DNA from: Eledone cirrhosa
Lineage: Eukaryota
DNA: 64,000 nucleotides
NCBI GenBank assembly: GCA_964016885.1
Contig: OZ024741.1
Location: 407,216,001-407,280,000 of the forward strand
Direction of reading: 5' to 3'
Below, in pieces: positions 15,342-28,597 of this stretch. The notes under the pieces are model-generated. The model had not been told where the DNA came from and ran no database searches. It worked only from the letters and a program-made list of their open reading frames with translations. Made by a program: the position numbers and the translations under genes. How positions within the stretch are numbered: the first letter of the stretch is position 1; each line of letters starts with the position of its first letter.

Positions 15342-15506
15342 CAGTCATGGGAAAACTGTAGCCCGTGAGCCGCATACGACAGGTTCTGATTTTTGAATGG
15401 CACGCCTAATTTCAAAACTACCTTGAAGTGTTTAATTAGTGCGGCCCGCCTTATGAAGAGCCATATCCTATAAGGTCCACTCCTCGAAAAAGGTCGTCCA
15501 TGCCTT
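15342..15506. mobile_element. hAT-like MITE
   Basis: Imperfect TIRs cagtcatggg / tccatgcctt, 8-bp TSD gtatagac / gtataggc, internal gcggccc motifs. A related partial copy lies at ~22185-22324. Confidence 0.7.
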
Positions 15507-16899
15507 GTATAGGCATTGTAGCTATGGAATAAACCGATGTTGTGTACCTAAAACTATAGTGGAGCCACCTAGTGATGACTATCGAGGTAGACCTGACTGT
15601 AGCACAAGTGTTGGTGTCAGAAACAGAAGTCTATACTGTTGATTCACCTGATATATAGTATATTTACACAGCACCTAGCTTGGTATCTCTGCTTTACACA
15701 TATTTCTTCCCCCACCTTTCGTTTCAGTAGTGAGATGTCACCCACTCTACCTGTCAACTATAATAATCTAATTTCGCTTTCTGGTCCTCCACCCCTTCCC
15801 CTATTCTCTGCAGAAGGGGGTCTCTCTCTCATCCATTTTCTTTCTAGATTTTTCTTATTTTCACACGCACGCTCTCAGACATGTTGCCTCTCTGCTAAGT
15901 TTGGCCTCAGACCAAATATCATTCCTACAATTTACACACATAATCTCTCTCTCTCCACATACACATACATATGTGTAACCACACTGTACACACAAACACA
16001 GACACTCATATATATATATATATGTATGTGTGGTGTGTATGACATATCGGTATATATATCTATACATACATATATATATATATACATATGTGGTTGACAT
16101 ATGTGTGTATATATTTATAAACATATATATGTGTGTGTGTGTGTGTATATAAAAGAGAATGCGTGTGTGTGTATAGTGTCGTTACTTCACCTTTTAACCC
16201 AGAAAGTGTCTACATTCCAGCCTACACCTGATTACTACTTACCTACCTAGTTTCACCTGAGCACAGGTCAATTTAACCTACATATCTTATCGTCATTCAT
16301 TTAACATTTTAGTCAGGTAGGGGAAACCTCATACATATACATAGAAACACATATACACATATACAGTCACACAAAAACATACTACACCCATAAATATTTC
16401 TAATGTGTACATGACTCCTGCTGCTAAACTTCCTTCCTCACCTCCGTCACTAACATAGATTATTTTACCTATATAAGTAATACGTCATTCCTTCCTATGT
16501 CTAAATATATAGGAAAATTATTATTCCTGATATAGGTAATATGTCATTCCTGCCTATGTCTAAATATATAAGTTTATAAGTAAATATTTAATACATATAT
16601 AAATGAATAAAGCAGAAACAAATACTAGATGAATCTATATAGGTCAGTATGAAAGTACGACACAAAAACCTGTTCCACATGCTAAACACTTGCTTTTCTA
16701 GCTGTATAATTCGAAATAATTTTACGATTGACAACTTAACCACACGCCCAGTGTTTTTAGCTCCAGGTGGTACAGATTTAGAATATCATTCTGTCTGCTC
16801 CAATATCTGAACTAGTTAAACAAATTTAAACTGGAATATGCATATATATATATATATAAAATATAGATGAGATTCTACAGGACTAGAACTGTTTCATTC

Positions 16900-16931
<32 letters not shown>

Positions 16932-16936
16932 GTATA

Positions 16937-16970
<34 letters not shown>

Positions 16971-17000
16971 CATATATATACATATATATATATATATATA

Positions 17001-17319
17001 CAGTTGTCCCCAAGGTATTCGTGAGGGTTATGTTCCTTGAGCATCCACGAAAATTAAAAAACCCGCGAATACTGGACGTGGTTCATTAAAATTCCTATAA
17101 ACGCCAAAACATAACGTAAAATATAGGCCAGCAAATACGGTATGTTGTTATTAATAATTTAGCGGTAAAAAGCGTGAAAAAATATATATTGCCACTAAAA
17201 AAGCCATAAGAAATTGTGGCAGATATTTACTACTCCGCGAATATGTGGTGGTTTCCGCGAACAATTATTAGTTAGGTGCTAATAAAATAACCGGGGTTGC
17301 GAATGCCGGGGCTACACTG
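17001..17319. mobile_element. Tc1/mariner (pogo/Tigger-like) MITE in a (TA)n tract
   Basis: Imperfect TIRs cagttgtcccc..ggtattcg / cgaatgccggggctacactg, with TA on both sides. Confidence 0.6.
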
Positions 17320-17352
<33 letters not shown>

Positions 17353-17927
17353 GATTGTGTGCATGTGCGTATACATACACACACACACACACACATCTAT
17401 CCATCTATATATATGTACATATATATAAATACATATACACTTACATATACATTCATATATATTATATGTGTGTACGTATTCGATGATAAATGAATCAAAC
17501 GACAAACCAGTTCAGTGCAAATACAAAGGACATATTTTTCTCTTGTGTCACTATTTTACTATAAACTACTTTTAATGATATTACGATAAAAACTACTGGA
17601 TGGAAGATAAACTTCATATGTAGGTGATACAAATATTTTAAATAGATATTTTCCTATACTTTATATGTATAGCTAGAGGTTTTGTCAAAGGTGTTAACAT
17701 CAACAAATATTTATATCAAAAACTGTCTGTATTATATAGAAATGAAAGATAGGCATGAGAAAATATTATTAAATAAATTGAAAACCCTTTGAGCTATGGA
17801 CATATAGAAGACAGCTAAGAACTCCACGAAGAGAATAGAAACCGATAACGAAGTACTAAAATAGCTCAGTGTCATTACATACTTATATCTATATAGAAAT
17901 ATATAGTATTGAAGAAATATAGATGTG

Positions 17928-18530
17928 AAGGCGTGTGGCTGATTGGTTACAGAACTGGATTCGCAATCGTAAGGTTGTCAGTTCGATTCTTGGACCAGGC
18001 GATGCGTTATGTCCTTGAGCAAGACACTTTCCTTCACATTGCTCCTTCTACCTGGAGTTGCGACCGATAGTTAGTATTAGCAATTGGAAAGACCTACGGA
18101 AATATTGTTTCCTCGGTCCGATTTGACGAAAGTCGATCGACAAAATAGTGTTTAACATAAGTCTTGCCAATTGGTGGCAAAAAATGATATCTACTCTAGA
18201 CACAGTGAAGACGCGGTGCTTTATGGTTAGGGTATTCGGCTCACAACCGTAAGGCCGTGAGTTCAATTCCCGGCGTAGCGGCGTGTCCTTAAGCAAGGCA
18301 CTATATTTCACTTTGCTCCAGTTCACTCAGCTGCCTAAAATGAGTTGTACCTGTAATTCGAAGGGCCAGTGTTGTCACATTTTATATCACGCTGAATCTC
18401 CCTGAGAACTACATTAAAAGTACACGTGTCCATGAAATGCTCAGCCACTTGCACGTTAATTTCACGAGCAGGGTGTTCGGTTGAGTGTATCAATTCGAAC
18501 ACCCGTCGTCGTAACTGACGGAGTGCTAGG
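17928..18530 (+). mobile_element. Two tandem SINE family B copies (tRNA head + CORE-like gtgtccttgagcaagacactt)
   Basis: Heads at ~17928 (tggctgattgg...gttcgattc) and ~18207. Family assignment (octopus OR-type CORE-SINE) is from memory. Confidence 0.8.
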
Positions 18531-18534
18531 ACTC

Positions 18535-19010
18535 TAAGCACAAGGCCAGTACGCTTGAGGAAGTGAAAACGTCAATTTTACGGACCTCAGTAGATAACTG
18601 GTGCTTTATTTTTATCGACGCCGAAAGGGTGAAAGGCAAGGGTGACCAGGGTTACTGGTACTTTGTTTACCGACCGCGTAACGATGAAAGGCAAGGGTGA
18701 CCAGGGTTACTGGTACTTTGTTTACCGACCGCGTAACGATGAAAGGCAAGGGTGACCGGGGTTACTGGTACTTTGTTTACCGACCGCGTAACGATGAAAG
18801 GCAAGGGTGACCAGGGTTACTGGTACTTTGTTTACCGACCGCGTAACGATGAAAGGCAAGGGTGACCAGGGTTACTGGTACTTTGTTTACCGACCGCGTA
18901 ACGATGAAAGGCAAAGCTAACCTCGGTGGAATCTGAACTCAGAACGTAAAGAACCGTAATTCCATGCCGCAAAACATGTTCTCCGATGCTCTACCGATAC
19001 TGCTAAGCCA
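18535..19010 (-). mobile_element. SINE family A with tandemly amplified core
   Basis: Tail at ~18535, head (ctctaccgatactgc) at ~18990, internal 55-bp tandem array. Confidence 0.85.
18651..18914. repeat. 55-bp tandem repeat, ~4.8 near-identical copies plus a diverged copy upstream
   Basis: Units start at 18651, 18706, 18761, 18816 and 18871: gttactggtactttgtttaccgaccgcgtaacgatgaaaggcaagggtgaccagg. Confidence 0.95.
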
Positions 19011-20526
19011 CTTCCCGCCTGGAGACATATGATAAGACCGAAATATTTAGATTTCACCACCGCCATTTTCCAAATATTTCGAACAATGGATTTTATTGGA
19101 GTTATCTCCCCTGATTTTTTTCTTAGAGCTTAAACACGTCTATAGAAATATTTTGTTTCTACATTACATGATAAATTCCAGTCGTTTGAGGTCCCCTCCC
19201 CATCTTATTAACATATCAGATTCTATATCATTCGTATTTAGTATGCAGAACGTTAGTTTGAGATATGTTGTCAGCCATACAGTTCTTAACTACACATTCA
19301 TACATGTCACGTACTATTAATGATGATTGTGTAAGACTGAATTCAACAATATCTAATGAATAGCCGAGAAGTTAGTGTTTTGTATTACATTTTCAGTGTA
19401 ATGTTGTGTAAAGTTAAAGCATTACATTAGCTAACGACCTGGATCATCTCATATGTTTACATTAATATTGATGTTGAATGCCTCAGCGTTAGATCTGATC
19501 CAGTAGACCTATGTACATAGGTGTTCCAACCGCGACCAACCCTTCTTCTGTTTAGCATTATTCTCTCTAACTTTACATAATCCAGTTTTCGCTTTCCCTA
19601 CCGTCTTAGAAGACGGCCAGGTCTGATTTGAGTGATATTTTACTACCATACTAACAGATCAAGCAACCATGTATAATCTCCCTAGCTGGCTGATGTAGAT
19701 TTAAGTAGATATTATAAGTGTTGAAGTTCACTACTGTAAATCTAATAAGTGTTGTTAGGAAAATATCTAGAAGAGAACTGAAAGACACCACGTTGACTTA
19801 CTCAAGATATAAACTAATGATATATTTTGTATGTTTCCTCTGATGGTTTTCTCGCAAGCTTTCAATAGTATAAGCCACACAATTGCTAGACACAGAAAGA
19901 TCGATGTCACTTGTTATTCAGTGTCAGTGTGGATTTAATCTCCTTCTTATACTTCTGAGTAAAGATAGAAGCCATCACACCGTAGGTTTGTGTAACCAAT
20001 ATTGCCTTCATATAAGTGTATATATGATTGAATTGATACGAGGGTTGTTGTTTACGATTATAATCCGAAATCAAACATCTAACATTATTGAATTGTATTA
20101 TTGTATTGAATCTCAACCCTTCTTCTCATGTTTCTGCTCAGGTACACACTTACCTCGTTAAACTTTATTAACAATCTTTCATATGACATTCTGTGAAACG
20201 CTATTGGGATCGTTCTTCTATTGTTACTACATTATTAAAGTGACTCGAGCAACGAGAAAGATTCTAGATGGGTTTACAGCCTTCTAGAAATAACAGCCAG
20301 ATAGTCCCTCAAATTGAAACCCATCATTTATATAAAAAAGCAAACTTCAAATTGGTTAATACAGTCGTAAATATCTAGACATGAAAATGGGTTGGTCCTT
20401 ATTGGAATATTTTCAATGATATGATAAAATTGCTGAACAAAGTCTAACACATCAACCACATCAACATAGGACTCTTACTTCCCATTATCTAAACTAAACT
20501 ACAACCGTCACTCGCATTCGAGTAGA

Positions 20527-21394
20527 ACTTGGTTGTATATACCATGCTTTTGGTAAGGGTTTTATGTACCCAGTTACGAGCAGAGGCGGACACCCTCTTA
20601 ACTGTCCCTCCCTTGGGATAGTGGAGGAAATATTGATTGCACAACAGCTGTGCTGATTATTTTATTATCGACCTCGAAAGTATAGAAGGGAAATTGAGCC
20701 TCTAGGGAAATAAACTAAGAATGAAGAGATCTGGAACAACTCTCCAACGCTCTAGCGACTTTGCCAAATCGATTACCTCTTCCCTTTAACTAATAACATC
20801 GATTTCACATTGATTTTGCCAGTCCACTTGATACCCTTAATATATCTCATCCACAGAGATAATATATTTTGCGCAACCAATGTTTCAGTGAACGATCTTA
20901 TACTCTTACTTCATCCCTTCCCACTCCTTCTCCACCGACACACACACTCTCTCTCTCTCTCTTTCTGTCTCTCTTTCTACACTCCGTCTCCGTACTTCTA
21001 ACTTTCTATCTCTTCTGTGTTACCTACGATACTTTTTCAATCACAAGTTGGGAACATATTTAGATATCAAACTAAAGATTAACCTATATTGTAATTTATT
21101 TTAAAACCTATATTTTAGTGTATTTAAAACCTAAGCAAGATGACAAGAAATGAAGATGAAGCGATAATCTAAGGTTTCCTTCCACTCTCTCTCTCTTAAC
21201 AAAACCACAATGTACAAAGGTATAAACCAAGAGTCAAGAATATTTTACCATTCTCTGATGAGTCCCATATATTAACAGATCAACCGTCGATCATCTGACA
21301 AGAGTTCGGTTCAAATTTCAAATAAAATGTCAATTCATTTCAAAATTCACGCTAACGCCCCCGGGAAGATCAGCGTCAATATTTAACATTCTTA

Positions 21395-21455
<61 letters not shown>

Positions 21456-21592
21456 GGAACGAGTAGCACAGCTGTTGTGCAATCAATATTTCCTCCACTA
21501 TCCCAAGGGAGGGACAGTTAAGAGGGTGTCCGCCTCTGCTCGTAACTGGGTACATAAAACCCTTACCAAAAGCATGGTATATACAACCAAGT
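20527..21592. repeat. Perfect 128-bp inverted repeat (20527-20654 / 21465-21592), 810-bp spacer
   Basis: Base-by-base reverse-complement comparison showed no mismatch. Confidence 0.95.
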
Positions 21593-21718
21593 AGCCGTCG
21601 AAACGGCTTGAGCTCAGCCGTCGGGGTCCTACTCGTTCCTATTACCCACTATACTACCCTAAGTATTGAGTACTTTGGTGCGTTATGGTCCACCTGGTTC
21701 CTTACCACATTTCCTTCG

Positions 21719-21720
<2 letters not shown>
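21454..21720 (+). mobile_element. Hammerhead-bearing element between (TA)n tracts, core disrupted by an insertion
   Basis: 13-bp arms taggaacgagtag (21454-21466) and ctactcgttccta (21629-21641). Hammerhead 3' half GAAA-CGGCU-UGAGCUC-AGCCG-UC at 21600-21622. Downstream GTATTGAGTAC motif is shared with the 44.9-kb element. (TA)n on both sides. Confidence 0.55.
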
Positions 21721-21783
<63 letters not shown>

Positions 21784-22830
21784 TATAATTATTATATTTT
21801 ATAATATATTTATAAAATAATCAAAGATGTAGGAAGTTACCATTACTTACTATTGTTTGTTTAATTCTGAGACAACTGATGTTGCTATAATAGATTATTA
21901 CAAGTTATATGAATTGTGTGCCTATCACACCTCCCTGTTATACCCCATCCAACCTGGGATGTGGGTCATTTATGAGGGCTTTATTTTGTTCGGGTAGACA
22001 TTGAACTATATATATGTGGTGTGGGAATTCGCCACATCCCCCCCCCCCCACACACACACCCCACCATCTTTTCAACAGTTGATTATTTCCAAATATAAAT
22101 TCAAATAAGTCTTTCCATGTCCTCTCATGAAGTGAAGAAAACATCTCATGTTTATATGTATCTAAGATAGATATTGAGAAACTTCGGCCCGCGAGCCTCT
22201 TGTTTGGCTTTCAGGACGGCATGCCAAGTTCAAAATTGGCTTGAATAATCTAGTAGTTTCGGCGCGCCTTATGATGAGCTGCACATTATGTGGTTCATTG
22301 TTCGAAAAGGGTTGCCCATGCCTGATCTGAGATATAATAATCATTTCTTTTGTTTCCATCCTGAAACAGATTTTAATATTGATGTCCTTCTCAAAATTAT
22401 AAGGTCCAATTAAGAAAAGACTCACATGCTTAGCAGGTTTAATGAATTAACATATATTAACATAATATTATCATGCATTAACATACTAAGCTTAACTCAC
22501 CTAATGTCTTCACATACTTAGCATTGTTAATGTCTGAAAATACTATTGTTTGAAAGTAAGTTAGACTTACATATTATTTAAGGAATGCCATATCGTATCA
22601 CAATACGTGCTTCATAAAAGATCTTTGATTTCTGTTGTCTGAAATGTAATGAATAATTTAATAAACTCATATTCTATTATGATTTGGTTAGCGGACGATG
22701 TGCAGCATTCAGGTAAACTGTCTGAACCTTCGTGACCGATAAATGGAAGGGAGAAGTGAGGCTTACCTGAATGCTTGCAACAAACAGGAGCCTGTTCAAA
22801 GCACCCGAAAAAGCTGAATTACAATTTACA

Positions 22831-22898
22831 AACATACATGTCAAGTGTTTTACTCAAACATACATGTCAAGTGTTTTACTCAAACATACATGTCAAGT
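22831..22898. repeat. ~26-bp tandem repeat, ~2.7 copies
   Basis: caaacatacatgtcaagtgttttact repeated. Confidence 0.85.
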
Positions 22899-23966
22899 GC
22901 AATAATGACTTATTTGACCGCAGTTTCTTTCTACACAATGTTTATTACCATTTTATTTATATATAGAGGATTTACATTTGTACAATATCACAAACCTTTC
23001 AGAAAGGGTTAAGACATGACATACAACCATTCTATTATCAATGGAAAGATAGAGAACAGTGGATTGGCAGTATTGGTAGAAGGTCGGACAGCATGCTTCA
23101 CAATATACACTTATGTCCATTGATGTTCTTATTTCAAATCTTACCGAGGATTTTGCCTTTCATCCTTACGTGATCGATAAAATAAATTACCATTATGCAC
23201 TGGGGTCGATTTAATTGACTTTCCCCGCCTCCAATTTTGTTAGACTTCTGCCTAAAATAAGAAGACATTATCAATGGAAAGACAAAATAGACTGAGTTGA
23301 GATTTGAACTCAGAGGTTAAAAGAGTTAAGTAAATATCGGGCGACATTTCCATCCTGAAATCTCGTAATCTTCATATTTATCTCCCCTTTAGTTTTTTAT
23401 TATTTGAATTCAGAGGAAATAAACTGCAGTAATTATTTCTGTTTTACTTTTCTCTTTTCTGAAACTGAGAGTGACCTTCTAACATCTATTGAAGGAAATA
23501 TAATAGTATTAACATATTTATAGCTATAACACTCACTAAAAAAAATATTTTCAGATTTGAATATCTTCTTTCCCTTTGTTGCTTTCACTTCAATTGTACT
23601 AACTTATGCAAATGACAACTGTGTCAAATGATTTATTGTGTAATGAAAGCTTCTCAGAATCGTATTTCTTGCTACCAAGTATTAACTGCCAGATATGATA
23701 TATATTACCCAGCCAACTCTGATTTACACTTTGGAAGTTCTTAATTGGAAAGCACCTACTACCTCAGCTCATTTAGCGTCAGTAAGTGAATTAACAAAAA
23801 GTTATATATATATATATATATATATATTTATTAAAATAACAGATTAAAGTTTAAGCAAAGAATCGCTGCTTTCACCCTTAACGGGATCTTCTGAAACTTA
23901 TATATTTGATATATATTTATCCTTATCGAGCCCTCTTTGGATTTTAGTCTTCAAATTTTTTATTAT

Positions 23967-24010
<44 letters not shown>

Positions 24011-24081
24011 ATGTGCGTGTGTGTGTATGTGTGTGTGTTTGTGTGCGTGTGTGTATGTGTGTGTGTGTGTGTATGTGTGTA

Positions 24082-24137
<56 letters not shown>

Positions 24138-24419
24138 AGATATATGTGTGTGTAGAGAGAGAGAGAGAATGAGATGGAAGGGGAGAAGTGGTGTAGCTGA
24201 AACCAAGTAGATAAGTAATCATTGGAGCACTCAATGCAGGAGAGATGAAGAGTAGGTATAGAGATATGTAACCTCCTGACCGCGGCGCCGAGCAGTCGAG
24301 ATTTTATGTCAGTCTCACTCTTTCTCCTTTAATCTTTCATTTTGTTACATTTAGGTGCAATTGGAGCATCTGTGGGTTAGTGTCATAGTTATTCGACTAA
24401 ACTAAAATTACATGATAAT

Positions 24420-24607
24420 TGTTTCTACTTTTGGCACAAGGCCAGCAATTACCCAGTGCATTACTGGTACTTTATTTTATCGACCCCGTAAGGATGAAAG
24501 GCAAAGTTAACGTCGGCGGGATTTGAACTCAGAATGGCAAGGGCCGTAACTCTATACGTCAAAGCATAGCGTCCGAGCCTCTACCGATACTGCCAATCCA
24601 CCGTCCT
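24420..24607 (-). mobile_element. SINE family A, full-length short form with 17-bp TSD
   Basis: TSD taaaattacatgataat at 24403-24419 and 24608-24624. Confidence 0.92.
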
Positions 24608-24684
24608 TAAAATTACATGATAATGATTGCCAGAAGAGCTAGTTAACAACTCAGTACTTGAGTCAAGTCCGAAGGCTCGGATTT

Positions 24685-24870
24685 TAGTGGTTACTTCATC
24701 GGATTCACAATCGTGAGGTTGTGAATTCGATTCCCGGACTGGGCGATGGTTTGTGACCTAGAGTAAGACACTTTATTTCACGTGGCTCCAGCTCACTCAG
24801 CTGCAGAAATGAGTTGTGACCTCACTGGTGCCAAGCCATATCGGCATTTGCCTTTCACTCGGACAACATT
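24685..24870 (+). mobile_element. SINE family B
   Basis: ttcgattcccggactgggcgat...agacactttatttcacgtggctccagctcactcagctg. Confidence 0.8.
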
Positions 24871-25004
24871 ACTCACGTTTACTCCGTATTCCCACTTTTT
24901 AAGGTGCTCTGTGGGGAGCAATTATAGTGAGGGCAAATTAGTTTAAATAGAAAAGGCCCTATGTAGTGAAACGTTTGGGAATCAGATTTAGAGTAAGAGT
25001 AGCT

Positions 25005-25171
<167 letters not shown>

Positions 25172-25429
25172 TAAATCTACCAAAATATACGGTAGTGTCC
25201 AATCCGTATGAAGAACTCAATGTAATCCAAATATCATGAAAAGAGAAGATGCATTCAAAAAATTTCGATGAAAATCATAGGAAAACAGAGTCAAGATAGT
25301 TTGTAATATTTTTACATAGATCTATATGATATACATACCAACACACATATATATCCTAGAAACGATCGTAAAATAATGATTTTTTAATATAAGGAACTTG
25401 TTCTTTGTTTTTATTCATTGTTTTTATTA

Positions 25430-25463
<34 letters not shown>

Positions 25464-25649
25464 TTATATATATTCTGTGTGTGTGTGACCAGCGGGAAGC
25501 TGTGAAACGCTGTATAGAAGAGAGAATCATCTCAGTAATATAATAACTATATAAGATTGTCTATTTGGCTATTAACTATCTTTTTCCCCTCGTGTCTGCT
25601 GTAAACCAAAAAGTACTGTCTGTCTGTCTCTCTCAGTGTGTGTGTGTGT

Positions 25650-25743
<94 letters not shown>

Positions 25744-25893
25744 TAGAAAGAGCGAGGGAGAGAGATCTTTCGTAAAATCTGGTTAGATTTATTTATATCA
25801 TTATAACTAGTTACTCTCCATTTACATATTATATGAACTGGATATTATAGTTGATACACTCACTCTCACATACACATACACACACGTACACAC

Positions 25894-25997
<104 letters not shown>

Positions 25998-26048
25998 TGT
26001 ACATGTGTATGTATCTATGTGTGTGTGTTGTGTATGGGAGTGTATGTG

Positions 26049-26080
<32 letters not shown>

Positions 26081-26304
26081 TGAGAGAGAAAGCTAACGAA
26101 TGTTGAGTAAGATGATGCAATCATATAATTGTTGTGTTTGAGAGAACGGGATAATCTCCAATCCATTAGTCAACGTCTGATACGTTTTACTTAAAGTTTA
26201 GGATTTCTAGACACCATTTCATTGGTTGTTAATCTATTTGTGTTTTTAACTTTTTGTTCTAAAATACGACCATTGATTCAGTAAATATAATTAAACAAAC
26301 ACTA

Positions 26305-26597
26305 TATGAGGCTCGGACGAGAAGTTCATATGTTGACCAAGATACTCTCATGATATCACCAAATGAGGTATATTTTTCAACATAGTCCCTGGAAAGTAAC
26401 AATGCAGTTATTAATGAGAAGAGTTGAAATTAATACATGCAAGATTTCATAGATTTACCATTATTCTTTCATTGGTTGATGGAATGACCAAATGAGGGTT
26501 ATTTTTCAACATAGACCCTGGAAATTAATGCATGAAAGATTTCACAGCTCTAGCATCTTTCATAGTCAGCCTATGAACTTTTCACTCTATCTTCGTA
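26305..26597. mobile_element. mariner-like MITE
   Basis: TIR cores aagttcatatgttgac / gtcagcctatgaactt, TA termini, internal ~38-bp direct duplication. Confidence 0.6.
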
Positions 26598-26744
26598 TAT
26601 ACACTTATACAAAGACTTTATGACAAATATGATTGGGGTGTCTATATAATTGTCATATATAGTATATCATATAAGGCATTCCTTCCAGTTGTGTAAAGAA
26701 CGGATCAGTTAGGCAACAGACAGTAATCTTTAGCATAAAAAATA

Positions 26745-26960
26745 ATGCTTTCTGATTTAGGCAAAAGGACGGCAATTTTGGGAAAGGGAAAGTCGATTAA
26801 ATCGACCCAGTGCATTACTGGTACTTTATTTTATCGACTCTGTAAGGTTGAATGGCAAAGCTAATTTCAGCGGGATTAGAATTCAGAACGTAAAGAGATA
26901 TAATTAAATGCCACAAAGTATCTTGTCTGACGCTCTACCGATACTGCCAATTCACCATCC
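26745..26960 (-). mobile_element. SINE family A, long form
   Basis: Reverse complement of head, core, gtcgattaaatcgac hairpin and tail. Confidence 0.85.
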
Positions 26961-27099
26961 TTTTAACATAATATATAATAAAATAGTGTTATTCGAAGAC
27001 TACAACAATGTAACATGGACGGTACATTTTGGAATAAAATCTATTCTAAAATCTATCACCCTTGTTCCACTGTCATATACTTTGAATAACACTAGTTTA

Positions 27100-27240
27100 T
27101 ACACATGGCTTAGTAGTTAGAGCATTGGGCTTGCAATCAAAAGGTTGTGAGTTCAATTCTTGGACCGTGTAATGTGTTGTTTCCTTGAGCAAGACACTTT
27201 ATTTCACGTTGTTCCAGTTTACTCAGCTGTAGAAATGCGA
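27100..27240 (+). mobile_element. SINE family B
   Basis: tggcttagtagttagagc...gagttcaattc...ccttgagcaagacactttatttcacg. Other copies at ~31447-31560 (+) and ~32520-32710 (-). Confidence 0.8.
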
Positions 27241-28334
27241 TGATAGGACTGGGGTCCCTATCATTAAATCATCCAAGACACCTCCAACGAGATATACCTT
27301 AGAGGAGGCCAGCTAAACCTGCATAGGTGTGAGCTGTAACAAAACAACAATACACCAATCATTTCTTCAAGTAAACTACACCACCCTCTTATAATAAATT
27401 ATATATAATCACTATCTTGGTGTTGAGCACATTTTCTCCTGTCATAAAATATTGCAGAACGTACCAGCTTAATCTTATTATAGATAGACAAAACCTGATT
27501 ATTTCAAAGTCGATGATAGTAAAAAGTGGGAAGATTGCGCAGTCCAATTATGTTACCAATTACTACAATGACTTCTACAACTAATAATGTTTTCAACGTA
27601 ATTATCTTATTAGTGTCAAACGTTGTCGATATTACTAGATAGATACTATTAATTCAGTTTTACTGATATCATGTGATAAAGTCATTTTACAATCTGATTT
27701 CGAATCACATCGAGGCTAAATTTGACTTTCATCCTTCCGGATTCGATAACAAATAGTTTAAGATAAATATTGAGGAAAATTTAATTGAATTCTTCTCTCC
27801 CCAAATTGTTGACGTTGTACCAAAATGTCAAACTAAAATTAAAATTGTTGTGTTGACAGTTCTGAACTTATAGATATTGCTACATAATCACTGTGCATGT
27901 CAAATAGACGATCTGGCACCACAAACTTATATTGTCTTGAGAAATATTTAATTAAACCGTCAAATCGCCCAAAGGGGTAGATATTGATAATGGTCTTACA
28001 TGGTGACCCCATATATAATTATATTTGCACTGGCATAAGGCCAATCATTTCTGTTAAAGAGAAAGTAGATTGTAGATTACATTGACCCCCAAGTTCGTGA
28101 CTGGTACGATGCGAGGAAGGATGAAAACTGTAATTGATCTTGGCGGGATTTGAAACCAGGATAATGAAGGCCAAAACAAAATACCGGAATGCATTTCACA
28201 CGAAGCATTTGTGCTTCTGCCACTCCACCACTTCGACTCCATATCTATTCTACATTATTGACAGTGTTTAGGGCATGTTCTTGGTACAACTTTAGGAACA
28301 ATATTTCCAGTATTATATGTAGATATCTATATAT

Positions 28335-28597
28335 CTAGGGCGGGTAAAATTCCCGAGATCAATGGAGGAGTTCTCTCCAGCAGTCTCTGTCCCTCATCAT
28401 CGCTGTCATGTTCAGCGTCTCAAAGAGACCAGTGTCTGTCCTTAGGACAGAGTATATGTTAACCTCGGTCTTCCTCTTCCAGTGTGTCCATGCAGGGGCT
28501 CCCACAGAAGCACTGAGTGCAGTGTCAACTCTGGATGTCGGTGAGCATGTCCAGCTAACCTTAGTCTCCTCTATGCCACTCTCGAGCTGACCTTTGG
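28335..28597 (-). mobile_element. 5'-truncated RTE-group LINE fragment with 13-bp flanking direct repeats
   Basis: Minus translation KVSSRVA*RRLRLAGHAHRHPELTLHSVLLWEPLHGHTGRGRPRLTY / (frameshift) VLRTDTGLFETLNMTAMMRDRDCWRELLH*, an RTE-type C-terminus. gatatctatatat flanks it at 28322-28334 and 28598-28610. Confidence 0.85.

Noticed and set aside
17928-18000. tRNA-like sequences with A and B boxes (many copies)
   Set aside because: No complete cloverleaf or acceptor stem; each continues into a SINE body.
18651-18914. Regularly spaced repeats resembling a CRISPR array (also 43565-43998 and 55978-56152)
   Set aside because: Units are contiguous with no unique spacers, the context is eukaryotic, and there are no cas genes.
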